This document shows positions 17,112 to 24,916 of a stretch of DNA of 64,000 nucleotides, in pieces. The DNA is from an uncultured Verrucomicrobiota bacterium (GTDB lineage: Bacteria > Verrucomicrobiota > Verrucomicrobiia > Palsa-1439): contig CAZISE010000003.1 in the NCBI GenBank assembly GCA_964541945.1, forward strand, positions 115,649 to 179,648, written 5' to 3'. Each line of letters starts with the position of its first letter. Position 1 is the stretch's first letter. The notes below the pieces were generated by a model. It searched no databases and was not told the DNA's origin. It saw only the letters and a program-made list of their open reading frames with translations. The translations under genes were made by a program, and so were the position numbers.

Positions 17112-18695
17112 TTATTTCACGCGCAGCACGACGTAGAGGCTGGCGTCCTTGCGTTTGACGAGCAACAACGCGGTGTCCCTGGAATGGGCCAGCGCCTCAC
17201 GCAACTCGCCGATCGTGGCGACCGGCTGGCGGTTGGCCTCGACGATGAGATCACCGCGCCGCAATTGCGCCGCCTCGGCGGGACTGTCCTCGGCAACGTC
17301 GGTGATGAGCAGTCCCCTGGCGTTTTTGTCGTAACCGAACTCCTCGGCGAGAGCGGGCGTCACAGGTTGGACCGTCAGGCCGAATCGGTCGAGGGTGCCG
17401 CCCTTGCCGGTGTCGGCGGCGGCCATTTTTTCGGGAGTCAGTTCGCCGATGGTGACGGTGAGCGTTTTTTCCCTGCCGTCGCGGCGGATGGTCAGTTCGG
17501 CTTTGGCGCCGGGGGCGGTGGCGGCGACGGCGTTGCGCAACTCGCGGGTGTCGGCCACGGGTTTGTCCTGGTATTTGATGATGACGTCGCCGGGTTTGAT
17601 GCCGGCCTTGTCGGCGGGAGAATCTTTGTTGACCTGGGAGACAAGGGCGCCCTTGGTGTCGGCGAGTTTGAATTGGTCGGCGAGTTCCTCGGTGATGTCC
17701 TGGATGATCACGCCGAGGAAACCGCGTGTGACGGTTTGGCCTTTGAGCAGGGTGGGCATCATGTGTTTGGCCATGTTGATGGGGATGGCGAACCCGACGC
17801 CGGCGAATTGGCCGATGGGCGTGGCGATGGCGGTATTGATGCCGATGACTTCGCCGCGCATGTTCACGAGCGGGCCGCCGGAGTTGCCGGGGTTGATGGC
17901 GGCGTCGGTTTGAATGAAGTCCTCGTAATCGGCAATACCGACATCGGCGCGGCCGACGGCGCTGATGATGCCGGCGGTGACGGTTTGGGCGAGGCCGAAC
18001 GGCGCACCGATGGCCAGGACCCAATCGCCGACTTTCAGCGTGTCGCTGTCGCCGAGCGAGGCCACCGGCAGATCGCGCGGGACGCGGCCTTTGATTTTGA
18101 TGATGGCGACATCGGTTTTCTCGTCGCGGCCAACGATTTCGGCGTCAAAGGTCCGTTTGTCGGCAAGTTGGACCTTGATTTTGTCCACGTCGCGGACAAC
18201 GTGGTTGTTGGTAAGGATGTGGCCGTCTTTGTCCACAATAATGCCGGAGCCTTGACCGCGTTGCGGGATGCGGTACTCGCGGGGTGCAGGCTGCGAGCGA
18301 CGGCGAGGGAGTTCCCGGCCAAAAAACCGCTCAAAGAAGTCCTCGCCAAAAGGAAATTCCCAGTCCCAACTGCGGAAACGGACGGTTTTCTCCGAGTACA
18401 CGCTGACCACGGCTGGTTTGACGTGGGCAGCAACGGCTTCGAAGGCTTTGCTCAGGTCGCGGGCCGGCGCGGTAACCGATTCGTCGAGCGCGGCTTGCGC
18501 GGGCGCGACGAGCAGGCCGATCAGGATCAGGACGCGGATGGCGGACGTTTTGAGCGTGGGATGCGACAGAAAACCGTGAATTCGGTCAGTCGTTCTGCAG
18601 AGTGGAACATCCATTTTGGTTGTCCGTTCGGGCGACGGGCAAGTTGGAAACTTGTCCCACTTTAACTCTGGCAACATGGCGTTGGTGGTTTTCAT
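17112..18695 (-). CDS. HtrA/DegP-family periplasmic serine protease with two PDZ domains
   Basis: Catalytic His region GSGIIVDKDGHILTNNHVV, Asp region and serine GNSGGPLVN. There are two PDZ-like C-terminal segments and an N-terminal signal/TM IRVLILIGLLVAPAQA. A purine-rich RBS lies before the ATG at 18695. An alternative ATG exists at ~18614. Confidence 0.85.
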   Translation of the reverse strand: MKTTNAMLPELKWDKFPTCPSPERTTKMDVPLCRTTDRIHGFLSHPTLKTSAIRVLILIGLLVAPAQAALDESVTAPARDLSKAFEAVAAHVKPAVVSVYSEKTVRFRSWDWEFPFGEDFFERFFGRELPRRRSQPAPREYRIPQRGQGSGIIVDKDGHILTNNHVVRDVDKIKVQLADKRTFDAEIVGRDEKTDVAIIKIKGRVPRDLPVASLGDSDTLKVGDWVLAIGAPFGLAQTVTAGIISAVGRADVGIADYEDFIQTDAAINPGNSGGPLVNMRGEVIGINTAIATPIGQFAGVGFAIPINMAKHMMPTLLKGQTVTRGFLGVIIQDITEELADQFKLADTKGALVSQVNKDSPADKAGIKPGDVIIKYQDKPVADTRELRNAVAATAPGAKAELTIRRDGREKTLTVTIGELTPEKMAAADTGKGGTLDRFGLTVQPVTPALAEEFGYDKNARGLLITDVAEDSPAEAAQLRRGDLIVEANRQPVATIGELREALAHSRDTALLLVKRKDASLYVVLRVK

Positions 18696-19417
18696 GATGC
18701 CTTCCTTTCTCCCGTGGTATGGGTTGAGGGTTGGTTGTTGGCAGCGGCGTGTTCATCGGATTCGAGGGCGCCGACGAGTTTGTCGGTCTCGGCGAGGACC
18801 CGTTCGATATGTTGACGAATGTCCTGGGCCTGGGCGCGGACGGCGTTGATGGCCTCGGCGAGGGTGCGTTTCAGCAGATCGAATTGCTCATCGTAGGCGT
18901 GGTCGGCACGCATGGTTTCGCGGGCCAGAGCCAGGAGCGCGGTGGCTTCGTCGAGCCGTTTTTCGGCGCGCGGCAATTCGCCGGCCTTGGCGTGTCGAAT
19001 GGCCAGGACGGCAGCCGCCTTGGCAAACAACAGCGAGCCGCGGGCCTCGATACGGCGAACGCGGCGACGCAATTCGACCTCGACGCGGTGAGCCGTGGCG
19101 AGGGCGGAGGTGCGGGCGGTTTTCAGTCCTTCCTCCAGGTGTTGTTCGAGGGCGGCGAGTTGTTGGGTGGCGCGGTGGAGTTGTTGCGCCACTTCGTCAA
19201 TGGCCTCGCTCTTGAGCTGCTGCAAGCCCTCGGCGGTTTGCCGCAAGCTCAGGCGGCTTTGCTCGTAGGCGTCCTCCAATAGAAAAAGTAAGGTATCAGT
19301 GAGTTCTTTTTGTTTGGCGCGCACTTGATCGAGGTCGCGTTGGCCGCCGGCGCGCCACCAGGCGAGTGCGGCCACGGCGAGGCTGATCAGGGAAATCAGC
19401 AAAGCAATCCATTCCAT
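18692..19417 (-). CDS. membrane-anchored coiled-coil protein (hypothetical)
   Basis: The likely start is ATG ~19415-19417 (MEWIALLISLISLAVAALAWW), preceded by GGAGGTGAAATCGTG. One N-terminal TM helix is followed by ~200 aa of Ala/Glu/Arg-rich predicted coiled coil. The listed ORF start 19513 is an upstream extension. Confidence 0.4.
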   Translation of the reverse strand: MEWIALLISLISLAVAALAWWRAGGQRDLDQVRAKQKELTDTLLFLLEDAYEQSRLSLRQTAEGLQQLKSEAIDEVAQQLHRATQQLAALEQHLEEGLKTARTSALATAHRVEVELRRRVRRIEARGSLLFAKAAAVLAIRHAKAGELPRAEKRLDEATALLALARETMRADHAYDEQFDLLKRTLAEAINAVRAQAQDIRQHIERVLAETDKLVGALESDEHAAANNQPSTHTTGERKAS

Positions 19418-19500
19418 CACGATTTCACCTCCAGTCGAAAACGCGCGGAAAATTACCTCTTGCCGCCGGTTCCTTCGCGCCGAAGGAAACCGGCGGCACA

Positions 19501-19527
19501 GAAAAGTGGGCACAGGACTCAGCCCAC
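19501..19527 (-). terminator. rho-independent terminator of the Hsp20 gene
   Basis: On the minus strand: GTGGGC-tgagtcctgt-GCCCAC followed by TTTTC. The hairpin overlaps the Hsp20 stop codon. Confidence 0.5.
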
Positions 19528-19974
19528 TTTGACTTCGATCTGTTTGGGTTTGGCTTCTTCGGCCTTGGGTAGTGTGATCTCCAGCACGCCGTCGCGGAAA
19601 TGCGCGTCAATCTTGCCGGCATCCACTGCCACGGGCAGTTGGATGGTACGGGTGAAAGTGCCGGAGACGCGTTCCTGGGCGTAATAGGTGGCATCCTTGG
19701 GCGCGGAGAGCTTGCGCTCGCCTTTGACCGTGAGGACGCCTTCCTGGAGGGTCACACTCACGTCTTCCTTCCGCAACCCTGGGAGATCAAGTTGAACGAC
19801 CAGTTTGTCCTTTTCCTCGTAGAGGTCGCACGGGGCGAGGAATTCGGATTCAAACGCCCGACGGCTGCGACGCAATGAGGTGTCGAACAGCCGGTTCATT
19901 TCCTCCTGGATCTCGGCCAGGGTGCCGAACGGATCCCACAGATCGGTTCTCGGACTCCAACGTACCAATGCCAT
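19519..19974 (-). CDS. Hsp20/alpha-crystallin small heat-shock protein
   Basis: 151 aa. ...LAPCDLYEEKDKLVVQLDLPGLRKEDVSVTLQEGVLTVKGER...GVLEITLPK is a classic alpha-crystallin domain. Confidence 0.85.
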   Translation of the reverse strand: MALVRWSPRTDLWDPFGTLAEIQEEMNRLFDTSLRRSRRAFESEFLAPCDLYEEKDKLVVQLDLPGLRKEDVSVTLQEGVLTVKGERKLSAPKDATYYAQERVSGTFTRTIQLPVAVDAGKIDAHFRDGVLEITLPKAEEAKPKQIEVKVG

Positions 19975-20494
19975 AGATCATCTCCTCCTTTCGATTGCTT
20001 GTTTGTTTCCGAAAACCTCGCTTAGCACCGCCGATGCCAGCGCATCCGATGGTTTTTGTTATTACTTGGCTATAAAGTAGATGCAACAACGCGATCACAA
20101 TTAAGCATTGACGGCGGTGTGCCAGTTTGACCTTTGGTATGCGAGACACTGTTTACGTGTTGTGTCAGCCGTTCACATCTTGAACTTCAGTGTCCCGTTT
20201 CCAACTATTTCTGGCTGAGTAGCGTAGTGTACAAACCGAACCACCATAAGTCAGGTATTGGGGGCTACTCGATTCCACGTAATCGCGTGTTCGGTTTCGC
20301 GTAGATGCGTTTGTGGTCAAAGTCGTATGATGCGGAAAAAGCGTCAGGGCAAGAGCATTGTTAAATCGTCCGCACGATAATTTCGGTGAAGATGCTGTGG
20401 GCATGGGTGACGGTGTTGGTCGTAGCGATGATTGTCGTAACGATCATCGTTCTGAGAACCGTTACCGGTCTGCATAAAAAAACAGAATTTTCTT

Positions 20495-21931
20495 TTGTCC
20501 CCGTTCGTCGCATTAGTGGTTTTAGCCATGAAAGCATTTATTCCTCGACGCACGTTCTTGAAAGGAGTATTCGCGGCCACGGCATTGTCAGCCATGTCGT
20601 CGTTCGCCAAAGCCGCCGTCAGCAAAGTGTCCGCCAATTCCAAAGTCAATCTCGCCTGCGTTGGCATCGGCAACCGAGGCGCGGCTGTGGTGGAAGGCCT
20701 GATGAAAACCGGCCACGCCAATCTCGTTGCCTTGTGCGACGTGGACATGGGCGCTTCGCAGACACAGAAGATTCTCAAGAAGTACCCGGATGTGCCCCGG
20801 TTTCAAGACTTTCGCCGTATGCTTGACAAGATGGGCCGGGAAATTGACGCCGTCAGCGTCGCCACGCCCGACCACAGCCATTTTCCCGTTTGTATGATGG
20901 CGATGGCGCTCGGCAAACACGTGTATGTCGAGAAACCAATGGCGCAGTCGTTTCAAGAAACGGCGTTGCTGATGCAGGCAGAGAAAAAATACAATGTCGC
21001 CACGCAGATGGGCAACCAAGGGCACTCCGGCAAGAATTACTTCCAGTTCAAAGCATGGACCGAGGCCGGTATCATTCGAGACGTTTACAAAATCGTCGCG
21101 TACATGAACAGCCCGCGCCGCTGGCACGGATGGAAGATTACCGGCTATCCGCCCGCCCAACCCATCCCGAACACGCTTGACTGGGATACGTGGCTGGCCG
21201 CCCGACCGTTCGTGGATTACAACAAAGACTTCGTCAACGGCCAGTGGCGCTGCTGGTACGCTTTCGGCAACGGCGCGCTGGGCGACTGGGGCGCGCACAT
21301 CCTCGACACCGCGCACGAGTTTCTGGATTTGGGACTGCCCAGCGAAATCAACGCCGTCTATATGGACGGCCCCAATCCCTTCATCTTCCCGCAAGCTTCT
21401 ACGCTGTCGTTCAAATTCCCGGCGCGCGGCGCGATGCCTCCCGTGGAAATCCTTTGGTACGACGGCGTCAACAATGTGCCGCAACTGCCCGCGGACTTTG
21501 GCGAAGCCATCGGTGGCGACGACGTGCCTCCACCCTCGAGCGGTACGTTGGATGCCAAAATGCCGCCTGGCAAGGTGATTTACAGCAAAGAACTGGTATT
21601 CAAGGGTGGCTCACACGGTTCCGCCCTGCAAATCATTCCGAAAGAAAAAGCCGACGCAATGGCCGGCAAACTGCCCTCCATACCGGGCGGCCAATCCGAC
21701 CATTTCAAAAATTTCCTGCTGGCCTGCAAAGGCGTTGAAAAATGTCGCTCAAACTTCGCTGTGGCCGGGCCATTGTGTCAGGTTTTAATGCTGGGCGTCA
21801 TCGCGCAACGACTCAACACCAAACTACTCTTCGACCGCGCCGCTCAGAAGATCACCAACAACAAACTTGCCAACGATCTGCTTGTCGGTCCCCCACCTCG
21901 AAAAGACTGGGAACAATACTACAAGGTCTGA
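20495..21931 (+). CDS. Gfo/Idh/MocA-family NAD(P)-dependent oxidoreductase with Tat signal peptide
   Basis: Tat motif RRTFLKG (a likely alternative start ATG is ~20528 MKAFIPRRTFLKG). Rossmann segment KVNLACVGIGNRGAAVVEGL. The C-terminal alpha/beta domain is typical of GH109-like/Gfo-Idh-MocA enzymes. Confidence 0.8.
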   Translation: MSPFVALVVLAMKAFIPRRTFLKGVFAATALSAMSSFAKAAVSKVSANSKVNLACVGIGNRGAAVVEGLMKTGHANLVALCDVDMGASQTQKILKKYPDVPRFQDFRRMLDKMGREIDAVSVATPDHSHFPVCMMAMALGKHVYVEKPMAQSFQETALLMQAEKKYNVATQMGNQGHSGKNYFQFKAWTEAGIIRDVYKIVAYMNSPRRWHGWKITGYPPAQPIPNTLDWDTWLAARPFVDYNKDFVNGQWRCWYAFGNGALGDWGAHILDTAHEFLDLGLPSEINAVYMDGPNPFIFPQASTLSFKFPARGAMPPVEILWYDGVNNVPQLPADFGEAIGGDDVPPPSSGTLDAKMPPGKVIYSKELVFKGGSHGSALQIIPKEKADAMAGKLPSIPGGQSDHFKNFLLACKGVEKCRSNFAVAGPLCQVLMLGVIAQRLNTKLLFDRAAQKITNNKLANDLLVGPPPRKDWEQYYKV

Positions 21932-22221
21932 TCCTCTCTTCCCACCTCCAAAGGAAGATGGAGTCGCCCGTCGTAGAAAAAACATTATAAGCCCCCTGAG
22001 AGCGCAACTTTGGCAAAAAAGTGGAGCCTGGAACAGGGCTTGGACCTATACGGCTTTCGCCATACGCCTCTCAAACATAAGTGTCTGCCAATTCCAATAT
22101 CCATGCACGGGCTATGATGGCTCACAACAAAGAGCGAACAGTGCCCGCCAGAAAGTCCAAAGTTTCATCAAGGCACGATTAGTAACGATGATCAAGGTAG
22201 GGTAAATTTTTACGGTGTAGG

Positions 22222-22295
22222 TGGGTGAGCGCAGGCGCTTCCGTTGGTGAACAAACTGGAAACATGTCCTAGATGTTGGGCGCTACCCACCACGG
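22222..22295 (+). promoter_or_regulatory. conserved ~70-bp intergenic element, copy 1 (upstream of the hybrid sensor kinase)
   Basis: gggtgagcgcAGGCGCtTCCGTTGGTGaACAAacTgGAAaCATGTCCTAgAtGtT...GCTaCCCACcacGG is about 80% identical to 49148-49218. It contains the inverted repeat AACAT-N7-ATGTT. Confidence 0.35.
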
Positions 22296-22379
22296 TAATT
22301 TCTCTCCGTTGCAACAACCTTGCACGACGCCATTACCGAAGCAATTCCCCAAACAACGAACGCATAAACCACATTCTCA

Positions 22380-24275
22380 GTGCACCCAGCCGCCGAAAAA
22401 ATGGACGGCCCAAAGATTGCTTCTTTCTATCCAAAACCACGTCTTGCCCGACCAGTTATGTGGTGTGAGCTGGTCATAAGAGGACAAAACGACGAAATCG
22501 TCTCCAACACGAAGCTCATGAAACACGAACGCGATGGGGAAAATGTGGCTCATCAGACTGCATGGCGTGAATCGGCTCGCAAATGTGAGAAAGCCGCTCC
22601 ACAGACACACAATACCCTCTCAAAAGAGGGTCCGACCTGTTTGACCACCACCGAACAGGAGTTCAGAGAGGCACAAGAACACCTGAAACACCGTCAAACG
22701 GAACAGGCGCTGCGCCAGAGCGAGGAGATGTTTCGCGCCCTGAACGCCTGTTCGCCGGTGGGTGTTTTCGTGGCGGACGCAGAGGGTTGCCTTGTGTACG
22801 TGAACCCTCGCTGGCGCGAAATTTTCAAACTGAGCTTCATGCAGGCCGTCGGCGATGGATGGCTGAAGGCCGTGCACCCGGCCGACCGCCAGAAAGTTCT
22901 TTCCTCATGGAAAAACGATCTGACGGCGGGACGTGTGCATGACATGGAGTACCGCCTCCAACATCCCGATGGTGTCATCCGTTGGATCCATGCGCGCGCG
23001 TTACCCCGCCATTCGGAAGACACCACAAACCGCGAATACGTCGGCATCGTCGAGGACATTACCGACCGCAAAAAAACGCTGGAATCATTGCGGGAAACCA
23101 ATGAACAACTGCAAAAGGCGTTGCAAGACCTGAAACAAGCACAGGCAAAGATGCTCGAACAGGAACGGCTCCGCATCGTCGGCCAGATGGCCAGCGGCAT
23201 CGCCCACGACTTCAATAACGCGCTGGCTCCAATCCTCGGTTTTTGTGAATTACTCCGCAACCACGCCGATCTCCGACGAAACGACGCGAAACTGTGTGAG
23301 TTTCTCGACCTGATGTTTGCCGCCGCCAAAGATGCCGCCGAAACGGTCCGGCGATTGCGGGAGCTATACCGCCACCATGACCCCGCCGAACGGACCCTTG
23401 TGAATCTCAACCGACTGGTGCAACAAGCGGTGACACTAACCGAGCCGCGATGGAAACAGGAAGCCGCCGCCAGCGGCATCACCATTGAGTGCGATCTGGA
23501 TTTGCAACCCGTGCCGGACATCCTGGGCAACGAAAGCGCCCTGCGAGAAACGCTGACCAACCTGATCCTCAACGCCGTGGACGCCATGCCGCAGGGCGGA
23601 ACGATCCGGTTGAAAACCCGCGCCGACAATCGCTCCGTTGTTCTCGAAGTCACCGATACCGGCGTCGGGATGTCCGAAGAAACTGTTCGCCGTTGTTTCG
23701 AGCCGTTTTTCACCACCAAAGGAGAAACGGGAACCGGTTTGGGGTTGGCCACTGCCAAAGCCATTGTCCAGAGCCACGGCGGCGAGATCACCGTCGCCAG
23801 CCAACCATCGAAAGGCGCCACATTTACCCTTCGATTCCCACTCCCCACCCACCGCGCGCACGACCGCGACCGACGCGCCGCCGCAATGTTTCCACGCGGC
23901 TTACGCGTGTTACTGGTGGATGACGAGGCGCCAGCCCGTCGGGTGTACACGGAGTTTCTCCAACAGGACGGCCACGAGGTTGTCACCGCGAAAAACGGCC
24001 CGGAAGGACTGGCGGCGGCAGCCCGCCAAGCGTTTGATCTGGTCATTTCGGACATGGCCATGATAGAAATGAGCGGTGAACAGTTTGCCGCTCGTCTTCA
24101 AGAAATTGCGCCGGGCACACCAGTGATCTTGTTGACGGGATTTGGCGACCTCATCAAAGAGCGCAGGCAAAAACCGGATGGAGTCGCCGCCGTTGTCAAC
24201 AAGCCGGCCACCTGGCACAGCCTGCGCGCCGCCGTGCGAGAAGCGCTTGCAAAGGCAGCGGAAGGGAAAAAATGA
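22380..24275 (+). CDS. cytoplasmic PAS-domain hybrid sensor histidine kinase (PAS–HisKA–HATPase_c–REC)
   Basis: PAS segment SPVGVFVADAEGCLVYVNPRW...YRLQHPDGVIRWIHAR. H-box RIVGQMASGIAHDFNN. ATP-lid/G-boxes VTDTGVGM, GTGLGLA. The C-terminal receiver is LRVLLVDDE...DLVISDMAM. The start is uncertain: the listed start is non-canonical with an 80-aa N-extension lacking domains. Confidence 0.75.
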   Translation: MHPAAEKMDGPKIASFYPKPRLARPVMWCELVIRGQNDEIVSNTKLMKHERDGENVAHQTAWRESARKCEKAAPQTHNTLSKEGPTCLTTTEQEFREAQEHLKHRQTEQALRQSEEMFRALNACSPVGVFVADAEGCLVYVNPRWREIFKLSFMQAVGDGWLKAVHPADRQKVLSSWKNDLTAGRVHDMEYRLQHPDGVIRWIHARALPRHSEDTTNREYVGIVEDITDRKKTLESLRETNEQLQKALQDLKQAQAKMLEQERLRIVGQMASGIAHDFNNALAPILGFCELLRNHADLRRNDAKLCEFLDLMFAAAKDAAETVRRLRELYRHHDPAERTLVNLNRLVQQAVTLTEPRWKQEAAASGITIECDLDLQPVPDILGNESALRETLTNLILNAVDAMPQGGTIRLKTRADNRSVVLEVTDTGVGMSEETVRRCFEPFFTTKGETGTGLGLATAKAIVQSHGGEITVASQPSKGATFTLRFPLPTHRAHDRDRRAAAMFPRGLRVLLVDDEAPARRVYTEFLQQDGHEVVTAKNGPEGLAAAARQAFDLVISDMAMIEMSGEQFAARLQEIAPGTPVILLTGFGDLIKERRQKPDGVAAVVNKPATWHSLRAAVREALAKAAEGKK

Positions 24276-24907
24276 CACGACGTATTCTGCTGGTGGATGA
24301 TCACGCGATTTTCCGCGCCGGGCTGCGGCATCTGCTCGCAGCGGAGTTGAAGGAGGCGGAATTCGGCGAAGCCGGCAATGCCAAGGAAGCCGTTGCCCTG
24401 GCATCCACACAGTGTTGGGACCTGGTCATCCTCGACATTGACATGCCGGGACGCAGCGGCTTAGAATTGTTGACGGACTTGAAGGCAATGTCGCCCAAGC
24501 TGCCCGTGTTGCTGCTGAGCATGCATGATGAGGAGGAATTCGCCGTGCGCGCCCTCCGTAGTGGTGCCGACGGGTACCTCTGCAAGGACGGGCCGATGTC
24601 GGAAACCCTGGCCGCGGTGCATAAGTTACTCGACGGCGGCAATTACATCAGCCCGCGGATTGCCGAACAACTCGCTCGCGGTTTGGGGCGTTACTACAAT
24701 GCGCCGCCGCATCTGGAGCTGTCCAATCGCGAGTTTGAGGTACTGCGCCAACTGGCTGCCGGCAAACATCTTCAGGAAATTGCCGATGCCCTGGGCGTGA
24801 GCATCAAAACCATCAGCACCTACCGGATGCGGCTGATGAAAAAACTCGGATTCAACACCAACGCCGATCTCGTCCGCTACGCCATCCAACACCGACTCAT
24901 CACCTAG
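24272..24907 (+). CDS. NarL/FixJ (LuxR-type HTH) family response regulator
   Basis: REC domain ILLVDDHAIFRAGL...DLVILDIDMPGRSGLELL. LuxR HTH LSNREFEVLRQLAAGKHLQEIADALGVSIKTISTYRMRLMKKLG. The ATG overlaps the kinase stop. Confidence 0.85.
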   Translation: MTRRILLVDDHAIFRAGLRHLLAAELKEAEFGEAGNAKEAVALASTQCWDLVILDIDMPGRSGLELLTDLKAMSPKLPVLLLSMHDEEEFAVRALRSGADGYLCKDGPMSETLAAVHKLLDGGNYISPRIAEQLARGLGRYYNAPPHLELSNREFEVLRQLAAGKHLQEIADALGVSIKTISTYRMRLMKKLGFNTNADLVRYAIQHRLIT

Positions 24908-24916
24908 GCGGGCACC

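Noticed and set aside
19975-20494. 520-bp intergenic region between Hsp20 and the Gfo/Idh/MocA gene examined for ncRNA, CIRCE/HAIR or sigma-32 promoter
   Set aside because: There is a CTTGAA hexamer at ~20220 but with wrong spacing to any CCCCAT-like -10. No palindromic CIRCE element was found. No confident call is possible without a search tool.
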